Position numbers and translations under genes: made by a program | Shown: piece by piece, positions 30,894 through 40,500 of the stretch | Layout: each line of letters begins with the position of its first letter | How positions within the stretch are numbered: position 1 is the stretch's first letter | The notes under the pieces: generated by a model | Told to the model about the DNA's origin: nothing | What the model saw: only the letters and a program-made list of their open reading frames with translations | The model's database searches: none | Origin: a virus | Lineage: Duplodnaviria > Caudoviricetes | Length of the DNA stretch: 62,897 nt | Strand: one strand, 5' to 3' | IMG/VR virus record: IMGVR_UViG_3300025030_000106 | Location: 1-62,897 of that record

Positions 30894-31478
30894 TCAGTGA
30901 AGATCAAACACAACGTCATAGCCGAGCTTGACGATATCCCAGCATTTGTAGCACTCATCACACCTGCCCGGGCACTTGAAGTGAAAGTTCGGTCGGCGCT
31001 TGTCAATCGATAGCCAGGCCCGAGGGAAATCGTCAAACCCTTTCGGGTTCCGGAGCCCGGGCCACATCGACAAGATGATTGAAAAATTATCAGGGATTTT
31101 TTCCCCAAGAGGTAACAGATCCCACCGTTTTGTGAACATCATGAACTTGATGTCAGGAAAGATCCGGGCGGTTTGCATAACCCATTCAGCATAAGCAACG
31201 TCAGGCATGTCACCGCTGACATGCCAGCGGAAATGGGTCGGCCGGTGTTCTCTCAACCAAGTCTCAATTGCGATGAAATACTGTGCCGCCCCATAGGCTT
31301 GCAGGAACTGCCAGTTCTCCAACCAAGCTTTCCGCACTGACGGATACAGCCGCATCGCTTTCTGCGCATAGCATTGCTTGGCGCAGGGGACCTTCGGCCG
31401 GCAGGTCACCGCCGGCGGCAAGGAGATGTTTGGGATCTTGCCCAACTTCATGTTTCCTTTCGAGATGTGCAACTTCAC
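30894..31478 (-). CDS. Gp88-family protein (radical-SAM-like Cys cluster)
   Basis: GN.KLG..SLP...TC....C..CYA, FRWHVSGD, CPG.C..C..CW. Confidence 0.8.
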   Translation of the reverse strand: MKLHISKGNMKLGKIPNISLPPAVTCRPKVPCAKQCYAQKAMRLYPSVRKAWLENWQFLQAYGAAQYFIAIETWLREHRPTHFRWHVSGDMPDVAYAEWVMQTARIFPDIKFMMFTKRWDLLPLGEKIPDNFSIILSMWPGLRNPKGFDDFPRAWLSIDKRRPNFHFKCPGRCDECYKCWDIVKLGYDVVFDLH

Positions 31479-31713
31479 TCACTGACCTCCTCATAACTTT
31501 CTGATTCGGGATTCCAGTGGAACCCCAGTTTTACCGCTTCCTCTGCCTCCAGATCATCCAACGTCGCGATCACGTCCTCTTTCAGTTCAGCCAGGACAAC
31601 GTCGACGTCTTCGTCGGGCCCGACCTCGACCTTCATCCAGAATTCGGGCCCGATAATAACGTAGGGCTTGAGACGCACCGAGCGCTTCATCCCCATAGCC
31701 ATCTCAAGGATCT

Positions 31714-32264
31714 TCACGGCCCAGCCTCGATCGCGGACTCCAGCCCCGCGGCGAACTTGGTTAAAACCCTGCCGCGAGTGAAGGCCTTCGTGATGGCCTC
31801 TCTGACGGCGTCTTCTCGGGTCCGGCCCACCCCGGTGACCGACAGCCCCAGAAACGCCAACGAAGGAGGATTCAGCCGGCACTGAAAGGCGCCCTTCGCC
31901 ACCCAGATCAGCCCGACGTACTCGCCGTTGACGAGCACGACTTGATGGGAGAGCAGTTTATCGCCGGGGACTTTCACAAAGATGATCATGACTGCAACTC
32001 CAAAAGCTTGGCGATGAAATCAGCCTCAGCAGCCAAAGCCGCGGCGTCCCTCCTGGCGTTGCTGACAGCGTTTTGGATGGCCTCTTGTACTGTATTCCCC
32101 GAGCCGTTCATCGACATCCAGCCCGGGGCCTGGAGCAAGGAACCACACCGCAGCTGGCACTGGAAGCCAAATTGAGTGCTCCAGACCTCACCTATTTCGT
32201 CGCCGTTGACGACGACCTTCTGCCGATTGATTTTCTCCGGGGATACGTCTTTGAATTCGATCAT
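31714..32264 (-). other. Tandem paralogous small CDS (31714-31989, 31986-32264)
   Basis: Shared VNG...G..W....FQC.L and G.G.T...A...A pattern. Confidence 0.6.
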
Positions 32265-32314
32265 GTTCTGGTCCTCCTACTTTAGTTTGACATTCCTATT
32301 TGATGTTGTTAAGA

Positions 32315-32659
32315 TTACTGTACAGAAAAATTAAAATTCTGGTACACCTCCTTACATTGTGTGGCGCCAAAGAGTTTGGTGTCAAAAAAACCTGTGGGGC
32401 ATTGCAGGAATATCTTTTCTCCCTCCGAGGTAAGGACACTGCAGGTGCCATACCCATCCCCACCTGAATCTCCTGCACATGTAATCCTCTTCACTTTCAT
32501 GCCATTTTGAGAAATAAACATCTTGGCTGCCACCATCGCCCGCCGCTCGGTTGCCCCACGATTATTCAGCCCAACACCCCCGATAAGGCTGGCAAAGATG
32601 CCGACAACCGCAGCCACTAGCAGTACCTCAACTATTGTAAACCCTTTCTCATTCATCAC
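32315..32659 (-). CDS. Type IV pilin/pseudopilin-like protein
   Basis: NEKG-FTIVEVLLVAAVVGIFASL class III signal (G-1, F+1, E+5); four Cys in the globular part. Confidence 0.8.
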   Translation of the reverse strand: MMNEKGFTIVEVLLVAAVVGIFASLIGGVGLNNRGATERRAMVAAKMFISQNGMKVKRITCAGDSGGDGYGTCSVLTSEGEKIFLQCPTGFFDTKLFGATQCKEVYQNFNFSVQ

Positions 32660-32681
32660 ATCTTAACCTCTGTTTGACTGT

Positions 32682-32787
32682 TGGTGGGGCGGGCAGGATT
32701 CGGACCTGCATGAGAGCCTCTTTGTGGATTTTGGGTCTGCAGACCCCTTCTCTCGCCACGTCGCGGGTGCCATTACGCCACCGCCCC
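32682..32787 (-). ncRNA. tRNA-like element 2 (106 nt, encoded ACCA, aberrant central region)
   Basis: GGGGCGG/CCGCCCC acceptor stem plus ACCA; D arm TGGCGTAATGGCACCCGC; T arm GCAGG-TCCGAAT-CCTGC. Confidence 0.7.
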
Positions 32788-32798
32788 ACATTCCTGAC

Positions 32799-33149
32799 CT
32801 ATTTCTTCGGTTCCCTCAAGCTGTAATACTGAGACACACTGGACAGCTCCACGGCACCTTTCGACTCCAACGTCGTGACCAACGCCGCGCCGCCGAACTC
32901 TTTGATCTTGCCAAACGCGATCGTGGCCCGAGCAATGAACTCATCTTTGCCCATCTCCTTGACCACGACGTCTTTGTCGGTGACTTTCCAGTTCTCGCGA
33001 GTGTTGAAGATCAGGGTGCCATACTTGGTCTCGACCTTGCCTGGGGTCCCGTGCTCCTTGATGCACTTGGCCTGGGCCGTGTCTGCCTGTTCTTCCAGCT
33101 TTTTGATTTCGGATTTGATTCTTGCCAAATCAGTGAAGCAGCGGTTCAT
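32799..33149 (-). CDS. Hypothetical protein with coiled-coil N-terminus
   Basis: AGGAG RBS; 116 aa. Confidence 0.6.
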   Translation of the reverse strand: MNRCFTDLARIKSEIKKLEEQADTAQAKCIKEHGTPGKVETKYGTLIFNTRENWKVTDKDVVVKEMGKDEFIARATIAFGKIKEFGGAALVTTLESKGAVELSSVSQYYSLREPKK

Positions 33150-33184
33150 AGTGATTCTCCTGTTAATAGTGATTTACTTTCTAC

Positions 33185-33330
33185 GCTGATGTTACTGTGG
33201 TTTATCAAACTCATGAAGCTAATAACCCCTTCTGTTGATTTCCTGCTTCCTTGAAAGTAGTTTCGTTCCCAGGCAATTGCCCAAGAACCAGAGCTTCTCT
33301 CTCCACAGGCTTAACGTCCGGCAAACCCTG
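33185..33330 (-). ncRNA. Putative omegaRNA of tnpB copy B
   Basis: Same scaffold as copy A, ending near ATGAGTTTGA and followed by TAAACCACAGTAACATCAGCG; boundaries approximate. Confidence 0.55.
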
Positions 33331-34380
33331 CCATAGTATATTTTGAGCTGCGTGAAGGTCTCTATCAATAGAGACGCCATTACAAGAGCACTGGAAAGTT
33401 CTCTTGTTTAAAGGCATGTCATGCAGCTGACCACAACTTATACAGAGCCTTGTGCTTGGGAAGAACCTCCCCACGACGTGAACTCTAATAGATTTATAAA
33501 CGAGTTGCCTTCTAATCTCAGAAAAAGAGGCGTCTTGGATACTCTTTGCAAGACGTCGATTCTTTGCCATTCCTGATGTATTCAGATCCTCTATACAAAT
33601 GTCTGAATAGTTATCAGCAAGGTATGACGTCAACTTATGCAAAACGTCTTTCCTGACGTTACTGATTCTAGCGTGCAGAAGGCCCAGTTTCTTTTTTGCT
33701 TTTTCTCGGTTACTGCTACCTTTCTTTTTCCTGGCCAGGGATTTATTGAGCCGTCGAAGTCTCTTTTGATATTTCTTTGTCGTCTTGGGATTCTCAAAAG
33801 TTATCCCGTTAGAGAGCGCTGCCAATTTATCTATCCCAAGGTCAACGCCAACGGCTGAATACACTTGGCTATCGCTACATTCAGAGCCGTCTGGAATCTC
33901 TACCGTGATAGACACAAACCAACCTGCTGCTTCCTTACTCACCGTTGCTGACAAGAGCCGGCCCGGGAGCCTCAGAGACTCCTGCATTCTTACCCAGCCC
34001 AGCTTCGGTATCTTGATGCTCTTGCCATTGAGCTTGAAGTTTCCGTTGTCAAGATAAAAAGAGTCTTGTTGACCTTTCTTTTTAAATTTTGGGTACCTTG
34101 ACGCCTTTTTGAAGAAGTTCTTGAAAGCTTTTTCCAGGTCAGAAAATGCCCTTTGTGTAGCACACTTTGTAACTTCATAAACAAAAGGAAACTCTGACTT
34201 CTTCACAACGTTGAATTGCTTATCAAGCCCAAAAGCAGAGGGCTTCTCGCCGGCTTCATATTGCCTTTGCCACTCCACCAGACCCCAATTAAAGGCCAGA
34301 CGTCGAACGCCACAAGCTTTCTTGAAGTAGGTAGCTTGCTTATTGTTTGGCTTTAATTTTATCTTGTGGGCTCTTTGCAC
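33211..34380 (-). CDS. tnpB: TnpB RNA-guided nuclease (copy B, complete)
   Basis: GTG start MQRAHKIKLKPN; RuvC GVDLG, IEDL and DRD all intact; zinc finger. Confidence 0.95.
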   Translation of the reverse strand: MQRAHKIKLKPNNKQATYFKKACGVRRLAFNWGLVEWQRQYEAGEKPSAFGLDKQFNVVKKSEFPFVYEVTKCATQRAFSDLEKAFKNFFKKASRYPKFKKKGQQDSFYLDNGNFKLNGKSIKIPKLGWVRMQESLRLPGRLLSATVSKEAAGWFVSITVEIPDGSECSDSQVYSAVGVDLGIDKLAALSNGITFENPKTTKKYQKRLRRLNKSLARKKKGSSNREKAKKKLGLLHARISNVRKDVLHKLTSYLADNYSDICIEDLNTSGMAKNRRLAKSIQDASFSEIRRQLVYKSIRVHVVGRFFPSTRLCISCGQLHDMPLNKRTFQCSCNGVSIDRDLHAAQNILWQGLPDVKPVEREALVLGQLPGNETTFKEAGNQQKGLLAS

Positions 34381-34486
34381 GTTTCTGATTCCAGTATTTG
34401 CTTTTGCAGCTTGGGCATTTAGCCGGGCTTTTTGGCAACCTCGGGTACCACTGGTGACCACACCTGAGACACTTTAAAGTTTGCAT
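34340..34486 (-). CDS. Small zinc-ribbon protein overlapping the tnpB start
   Basis: AGGAGGTG RBS; MQTLKCLRCGHQWYPRLPKSPAKCPSCKSKYW. Confidence 0.7.
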   Translation of the reverse strand: MQTLKCLRCGHQWYPRLPKSPAKCPSCKSKYWNQKRAKSPQDKIKAKQ

Positions 34487-34507
34487 TCTTTCATCACCTC
34501 CTTTCTT

Positions 34508-34536
34508 AATATTACCCATCATGGGTAATATGTCAA
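34508..34536 (-). promoter_or_regulatory. Sigma70-like promoter with embedded palindrome, upstream of zinc ribbon and tnpB
   Basis: TTGACA (34531-34536), TAATAT at 16 nt spacing; palindrome ATATTACCCAT-C-ATGGGTAATAT (34509-34531). Confidence 0.7.
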
Positions 34537-34564
34537 CTATATTTGTGTGTCTCACACCTCCAAT

Positions 34565-37500
34565 TTATTTATCTCGCCAGACCCTGATACCACCCTCAAC
34601 CTTGCGAGCACTAAACCTTTTCGGTGCAAGCCTCTGGGTCGCCGATGAGGCTGCTCCTCTGATGCCTTTATATGCCTCGCCAATTGGAACAAAAAACGAG
34701 TCACCAACTTTCATAGATCTCCAAGGATATATTGCCTCACGCCCCGGGCCCCTCGATCTCTCAGGCTTAGTAATCCCTTTCTCGATTTTGAACATGTCAC
34801 ACCTCCCCAAAAAATTTGTTGATATGCCAGCCGATGAAGACCCCAGCCACGGTGTCGATCAGGTCCTTATTGACAGTGCTCTTGTCAATCGCAGCCCGGA
34901 TAGCCCCTGCCGGGGATTTTGACTCGACGTGAAACGTCAACGGCCCTTCAGTCCTGTGCATCAAGACGACTGTGAATTTCATTCGTTGGCCTCCTCACAT
35001 TGAGCCACGTTGGCAGCCACAGTCGAGCAACGACCCACAGTTGGGGCAATCATTCAGCTGCTGAGTGCTGATGACTCCATGGGCGATCAACCACTCCTTC
35101 GGGTCGTCAGGCCCGAGCAAGATCTCTCTGATAATTTTACTCCAAGTAGCCTCAATTTCTTGTTTGACGTCGGCGTCAATAGCATACCATTCGCGTTTCA
35201 ACCCTCTTCGGTCAGAAAGGTCCAAAATGATCGCCTCAACGGCAACGTCGATAAGTTTTGAAAATTGGTCTTCGATTTCTTTGTTCATTCTTCACCCTCA
35301 GTGTAGGTTTTGCACCACTCAAGTGCCTCAGACGCAGGGCCCGAGAACAACACCTTCTCAGCAGCATCACAGACCTCAACGTTGGGATCTCTCCCATCAT
35401 TTTCAGACACCTTATAGATGAATTCTTCCCAGACATCCCGAGTGCCCGGCGCCATCAAATAAATATGTCCGGGCTCAGTCTTGAAGTGAGCAACAACTTG
35501 AGCCGCCAAGCACCCCATCCCGTTGGCGATCCTCGGCCCATCTACCATGCTGATCCCGTTCACGATCTTCATGCCGGCCAGAAACTCGGCAAGTTCTTTG
35601 CCGTGCCCCTCCGGATAGCCATCCATCTGCCGGTACATCACAGCGAAATCCTTGCCGGTGTCGTCCACAAACACTGTTAAACTTCTTGTTCCCATTTTCT
35701 GACCTCCTACTTTAGTTTGATCCTACCAACTGGACTTGTAGTAATAATCCGCCTGATCTTCTTCATCAGAGACTCCAAAGATTGGCTTCAACTGCTCGAC
35801 AGTGTTCTCGATGTCCTGCCAGTAGCCTTCATCTATCTCAGTGCCTCCAAAGAAGAACCCGGACTGCGGCGGCAACTCATCCACGGCCACAACGTCACTC
35901 CGTTTCTTGAGAAGATTCTCACACAGATCGAGAAGCTCCCGCAGCTGCCTCCGATTGACATAGGCACGTTGACACTCGTCAACCCCATCTTGGGCGTTAT
36001 CCACGAACCATTTATGGATCGCATTTGCTTTCCGCCAATAGGCCACGCCCTCAGTTACGGATTTGACCTTGTCAGGATCCACGCCAGGGATCTTGATCTT
36101 GACTTTATCCATACCTTTGCGATAATGCCTGAACTCCTTCATTCCGATGTACGTGTCTCTCTCAAGATACATATCTAAGCCCATGGTGATCCTCCTGTTT
36201 ATTTGACGTTGATAGTGATAACAACTTTGCCGTTGACGTTGACGTCAACAACACCTTTGTACCCGGTCGCTGCTTGGATGTTATCCCGGTACTGTTTGGC
36301 CTGCTCCATCTGCCCATAGAACTTGTCCCTCTCCCCTCTGTAAATCTCAGCCAAGTTCTGAGCCTCATCCAGGTCAACTTCATACTGGGCGTTGGCAGCC
36401 TGCATCCGGTCCACGGACTCTTGCAGGAGCTTGTTTTTGTTTTTGAGATCCTTAGCCAATTCAATAGCTTCGTCGCGGCGTTCTACAACCCGGCAGAGTC
36501 TCGAGTTGAGAGACTTCACCAGAGCCACCGCTGCATCACGATCGACCTCCGATCGGTTGAGCCGCTCTTTAATACTGATCTTTTTGTCTGTCATTTTCAC
36601 TCCCTAGTAAAGTTGACTTTTTTGGATCCTTGCCCACAACGGCCGGGTCCAGCCTGAGCCCGACGTCGACAGCCACACCCGGCCCCTACCGCGGCAGATG
36701 TGACAGCCGTTTTCATCCCCAACGTTGGCGCCAAAGCCCTTGCACCGCGGGCAGTAGGTCAGGATCGCCGGTTCGGCTTTGACCTTACTTTTATTCCAGA
36801 CTTTCTCGTTTCTTGGCATGGCTATTCTCCCAGGATTCCACACGGACAAGCAGCAATCTCCGAGACTTCCCGGACCGGCCGCTTCCGCCAATGTTTGTCA
36901 AAGTCGACCTCGAACATGCCTCGGAGTTTGATCTCCTTCAATTCCGAGAGTGAGAAATACCCCCACTCTGCATTCTGCTGGTCGCCCAAGCAGACGAATC
37001 CGAAGAACGTGTCACCATCCTCGTGGTCAAATTCCGTGACCCACCAATCGCAGCTGGCCACAAAGAAGTGGCCGTGGACGATCTTGTCGCCGGTCTTGAC
37101 ATCTTTGGTTGAGTACAGTTTGGGAATTCTTTCCAGATCTCTTTTTGTCGGTTTCGCCCACATGATTGATCTCCTTTATGTTGTTGATTTTAATACGGAT
37201 TGTCCCAATTTTCATAGGCCCACTCACTGATCTCGCCGTCCTTGCACAGCCCGTCTGTGTAATCGTTCCAGGCTTCCCGGATTGCGATCTCGTCGTCTTT
37301 TCCATACTTCTCCACGACGTAAGGCAGGACGTTCTCCTCAAAGTCGGCCTGGACGTCCTCAAAGCTTCGGAAGTCGTCGTTGTCGTCTTCATACTCCTCA
37401 AGGATGACGTTGTTGAAGTGCTCGCTGGCAGCCTGGTAAATGCCGGGAATCTGGAGCATGTCATACACCTCCATACCGCTCAGGCACTCAGCCAGCCGCC

Positions 37501-40500
37501 GGTCATATTCCTTGTCCGAGATCGGACCAAATTTTGCAGTACTCATTTCTGTTCCTCCCTATGTGGGGCGCCCCACATGCTGATGTTTAATCCTCGCCCG
37601 CCATCGGCGGGTCAAATTCGTCGTCGCGCAGGCCCTGGAGCGTGATCACGTGGCCGGACTCGTCCACGGCCTCGACCTCGCAGCAGTTTGAAACTGCTGC
37701 CGGTCTGGAGTCAAAACCTTTAACCGAGCCGTATTCATATTCCCCGATCCCGAAGTCGATCACGACCACAGTACAAGGCTGACCACAACGGGTGCAGATG
37801 CCGGTCATTGCAGGCCTCTGCAAACCACCAAAGCCAGCATCGCCGCAGCCAGGAGATTTGCTATGCCCAAGAGCAACATGAACCAGGAACTCTTGATAAA
37901 CTTCTTCATGTTGATTACCCCACTACATAGAGAACTTTTTGATAATAATCCCGATGCCGTTTAGCCCACTCCAACAACCGCAACTCAGTCAGATACACTG
38001 CTTCCTCCGGGTCATGGGTGTCCAGCCCTGCTGCCTTATGCCCGAACCCATTTTTGAAGGCGTCATACGTGAACCACCCGTAAGAATAAGGGCTTGAGCT
38101 TACCACAATCCGAAAAGGGTACTCAGTCCGTATGACAATAGACCTTGGCAACGGGGTAACGGTATCCAAAAACTCAGACCGAATAATGGTCCATGTCAGC
38201 TTCGGGGTGAAAGACACCGGATTGAACGAGCCTACATTGTACTCGCCATCACAGATTCGCGGAAAGCCCCGCAAAGGTCGTAAGGACTGCTCCCAGCCAT
38301 GGACGACCACTCTGCCAGAACCGGCATTCACCTGCTCCCACCGGCCATGAGAGGCTTCCCACCCATTAGGTCCCACCACAGGCTCATACTCAAAATAAAA
38401 TATGGTATTATCAGCATTGGTAGCACTCCATTTCGCCCAAACATAAGAGTCCATCAAAATATCCTCTTTTTACTCCAGCTTTTTGATTGTGCCGTTGGCA
38501 GCCCGATAGTACAGCCGGCCCGCGTTGTGGAGATCAGCCGCGATCTCGACCAAATCGAGGATCTCGACCTCGCCAGCGGTAGCCTTGCAGGAGTTCACCC
38601 ATTCCCGGACCTTGTTAATTCTGGATTCGATCTCTTTGGCAATTTTTTCAATTGGATTAGTAAAATGAAAGTGTTTGTTAAAGGTAATTATAGTTGAAAA
38701 TGCTCCCCAAGTAAAATTTTCTTCATGATGGTAGATAAAAAGATTCCCACAGCTACAGCCCGTCAGTTTCCGGGTCGTTTCCGCATTGATGCTCTTGCCG
38801 TCGACCAAGATCGTGACGTTGCCGTTGTCATCAATGATTTTCTCGATTTTCATTTTGATCCTCCTGTCTTGAATTCCGCAATTTTGCGCAAGCCGTCGTA
38901 CCTGATAAAGACCGCTGCGCATTCCTTGGTCAGGTCCTGCTTGTTTGCCGGCTTTCCTGAATAAGGGTGGCCGAGGCTGGCGATGATAAAATCTTTGCCA
39001 GCATCAAAATCCTTTTGGACCGCTGCTTTTGATTTGTACTGCCGCCCGTAGGCGGGGGTTAATGTGATCATTTTTTGACCTCCTAATATCCACACTCAGT
39101 GCAGATGATCTTGAGCTGAGAACCATTATGGATAATGACGTTGTTGCCAAGGTTATTCCCGAAGGTAACGTGGTGACCACAATCAAGTTCGAACTTCTGA
39201 TTTTTGAGGGCATCCAGCGCCCGCCTGAGTTCACTTGCCGGCTGATACTTTGACTTCTGCGTTGCTGTCATTGTTGATCTCCTCTTGTTTCTGATTTAAT
39301 CACAAACCCTGCCGTGGACCTGAGTAGCACCCAGTCCCTGGGGAACCCCTTGTAATTCCCATTCAACCACGCTTCGTGGATCTCGGCCCGCCAGTGGCGC
39401 CCGTAAAAAGCCTTGGCTTCTCTCAGGACCTCAATTTCGATGTCGGTTGGAGTTTTCATACCCCGTCCCTCAACCTGCATGAAAATCTGATATGATTTCA
39501 GTTGGCTCTTTAAAATTCTCCGGCCGCAGTTCTTCACAGGTTGTGTGGGTTTTCAACTCCCAGATTTTCCCCTCATCACCAGTCTCCAGATTGGCTTCTT
39601 TTCTAGCTATTTCTTCTGACGGGGCTATAACCAGTTTTGCATCATAAGCGTCATATATCACATGATCAGAGATTCTGGTTAACAACCAAAACTTCATTTT
39701 CTTTTTCATCCCTTTACCTCCTCATAAACGCCCAAGATCGCGACCTCATACTGGATCTCCTCAAGAGCCTTCTCCTTGGCCTCAGCAGCGGAATCTGCTT
39801 TCAGTTCCAAATATCCGTATTGGTCATAATCAACAGTTCGGTCAGCTGACTTGATCGGAGCCACAGCCACGACATAGTTTTTCATCCCGTCACCTCCTTC
39901 TCAATTCTCCTGCAGGTCTCGATCTCACCCTGAGTTTCAAGTTCAAAGCAAATGACATATACGACGCCGTCGTCGATTCCGTTGATTTCGTAGTCAGTTC
40001 CGACCTGCTCCTCAAACTGTGTTGCAAAGGCATCCGCTTGAACAGGGGTCATCATGCCGGTTTCATATTCCATTTTTTGTCGCCTCCTTGAATTTCTCCA
40101 GAGCCAAAAAATAGTCCAGAGCCACACCGGCGCCGGCTTCTGTGTGATGAACTCGACCCCGCTCAAAAACCACAGGCACGACGGGCCCACCAAACTCGTC
40201 GCACTGGATTTCGTGATAGGTTCCGTCGCCCGGACAGACAAAGACATAAGACGTGTGCAGGCTCTCGGTTTCCGAGAACCCGGTCAACGGCACAGGATAT
40301 CCAAGCTTTTCCAGTTCTTGAATGAAACGCCAGCCGTCTTCCATCGGATATGAGCACCAAGCAGCTCCTTTGTCTTCATAAGGCTGAATATCCTCGGCGT
40401 AGTCCTCGACGTCAAGGCCCAAGGCCTTCAACTTGGTGGCGTCTTCGTCTCTGATTTCAATCCGTGCGTAAATTGAGCTGCTCATTTTACACCTCGTATG

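Noticed and set aside
32682-32710. tRNA-like 3' end as an attP site
   Set aside because: No integrase in the window, and the element has both 5' and 3' halves
37561-37578. Perfect 18-bp palindrome ATGTGGGGCGCCCCACAT
   Set aside because: Single intergenic copy without a U tract; no evidence for a function beyond a generic hairpin
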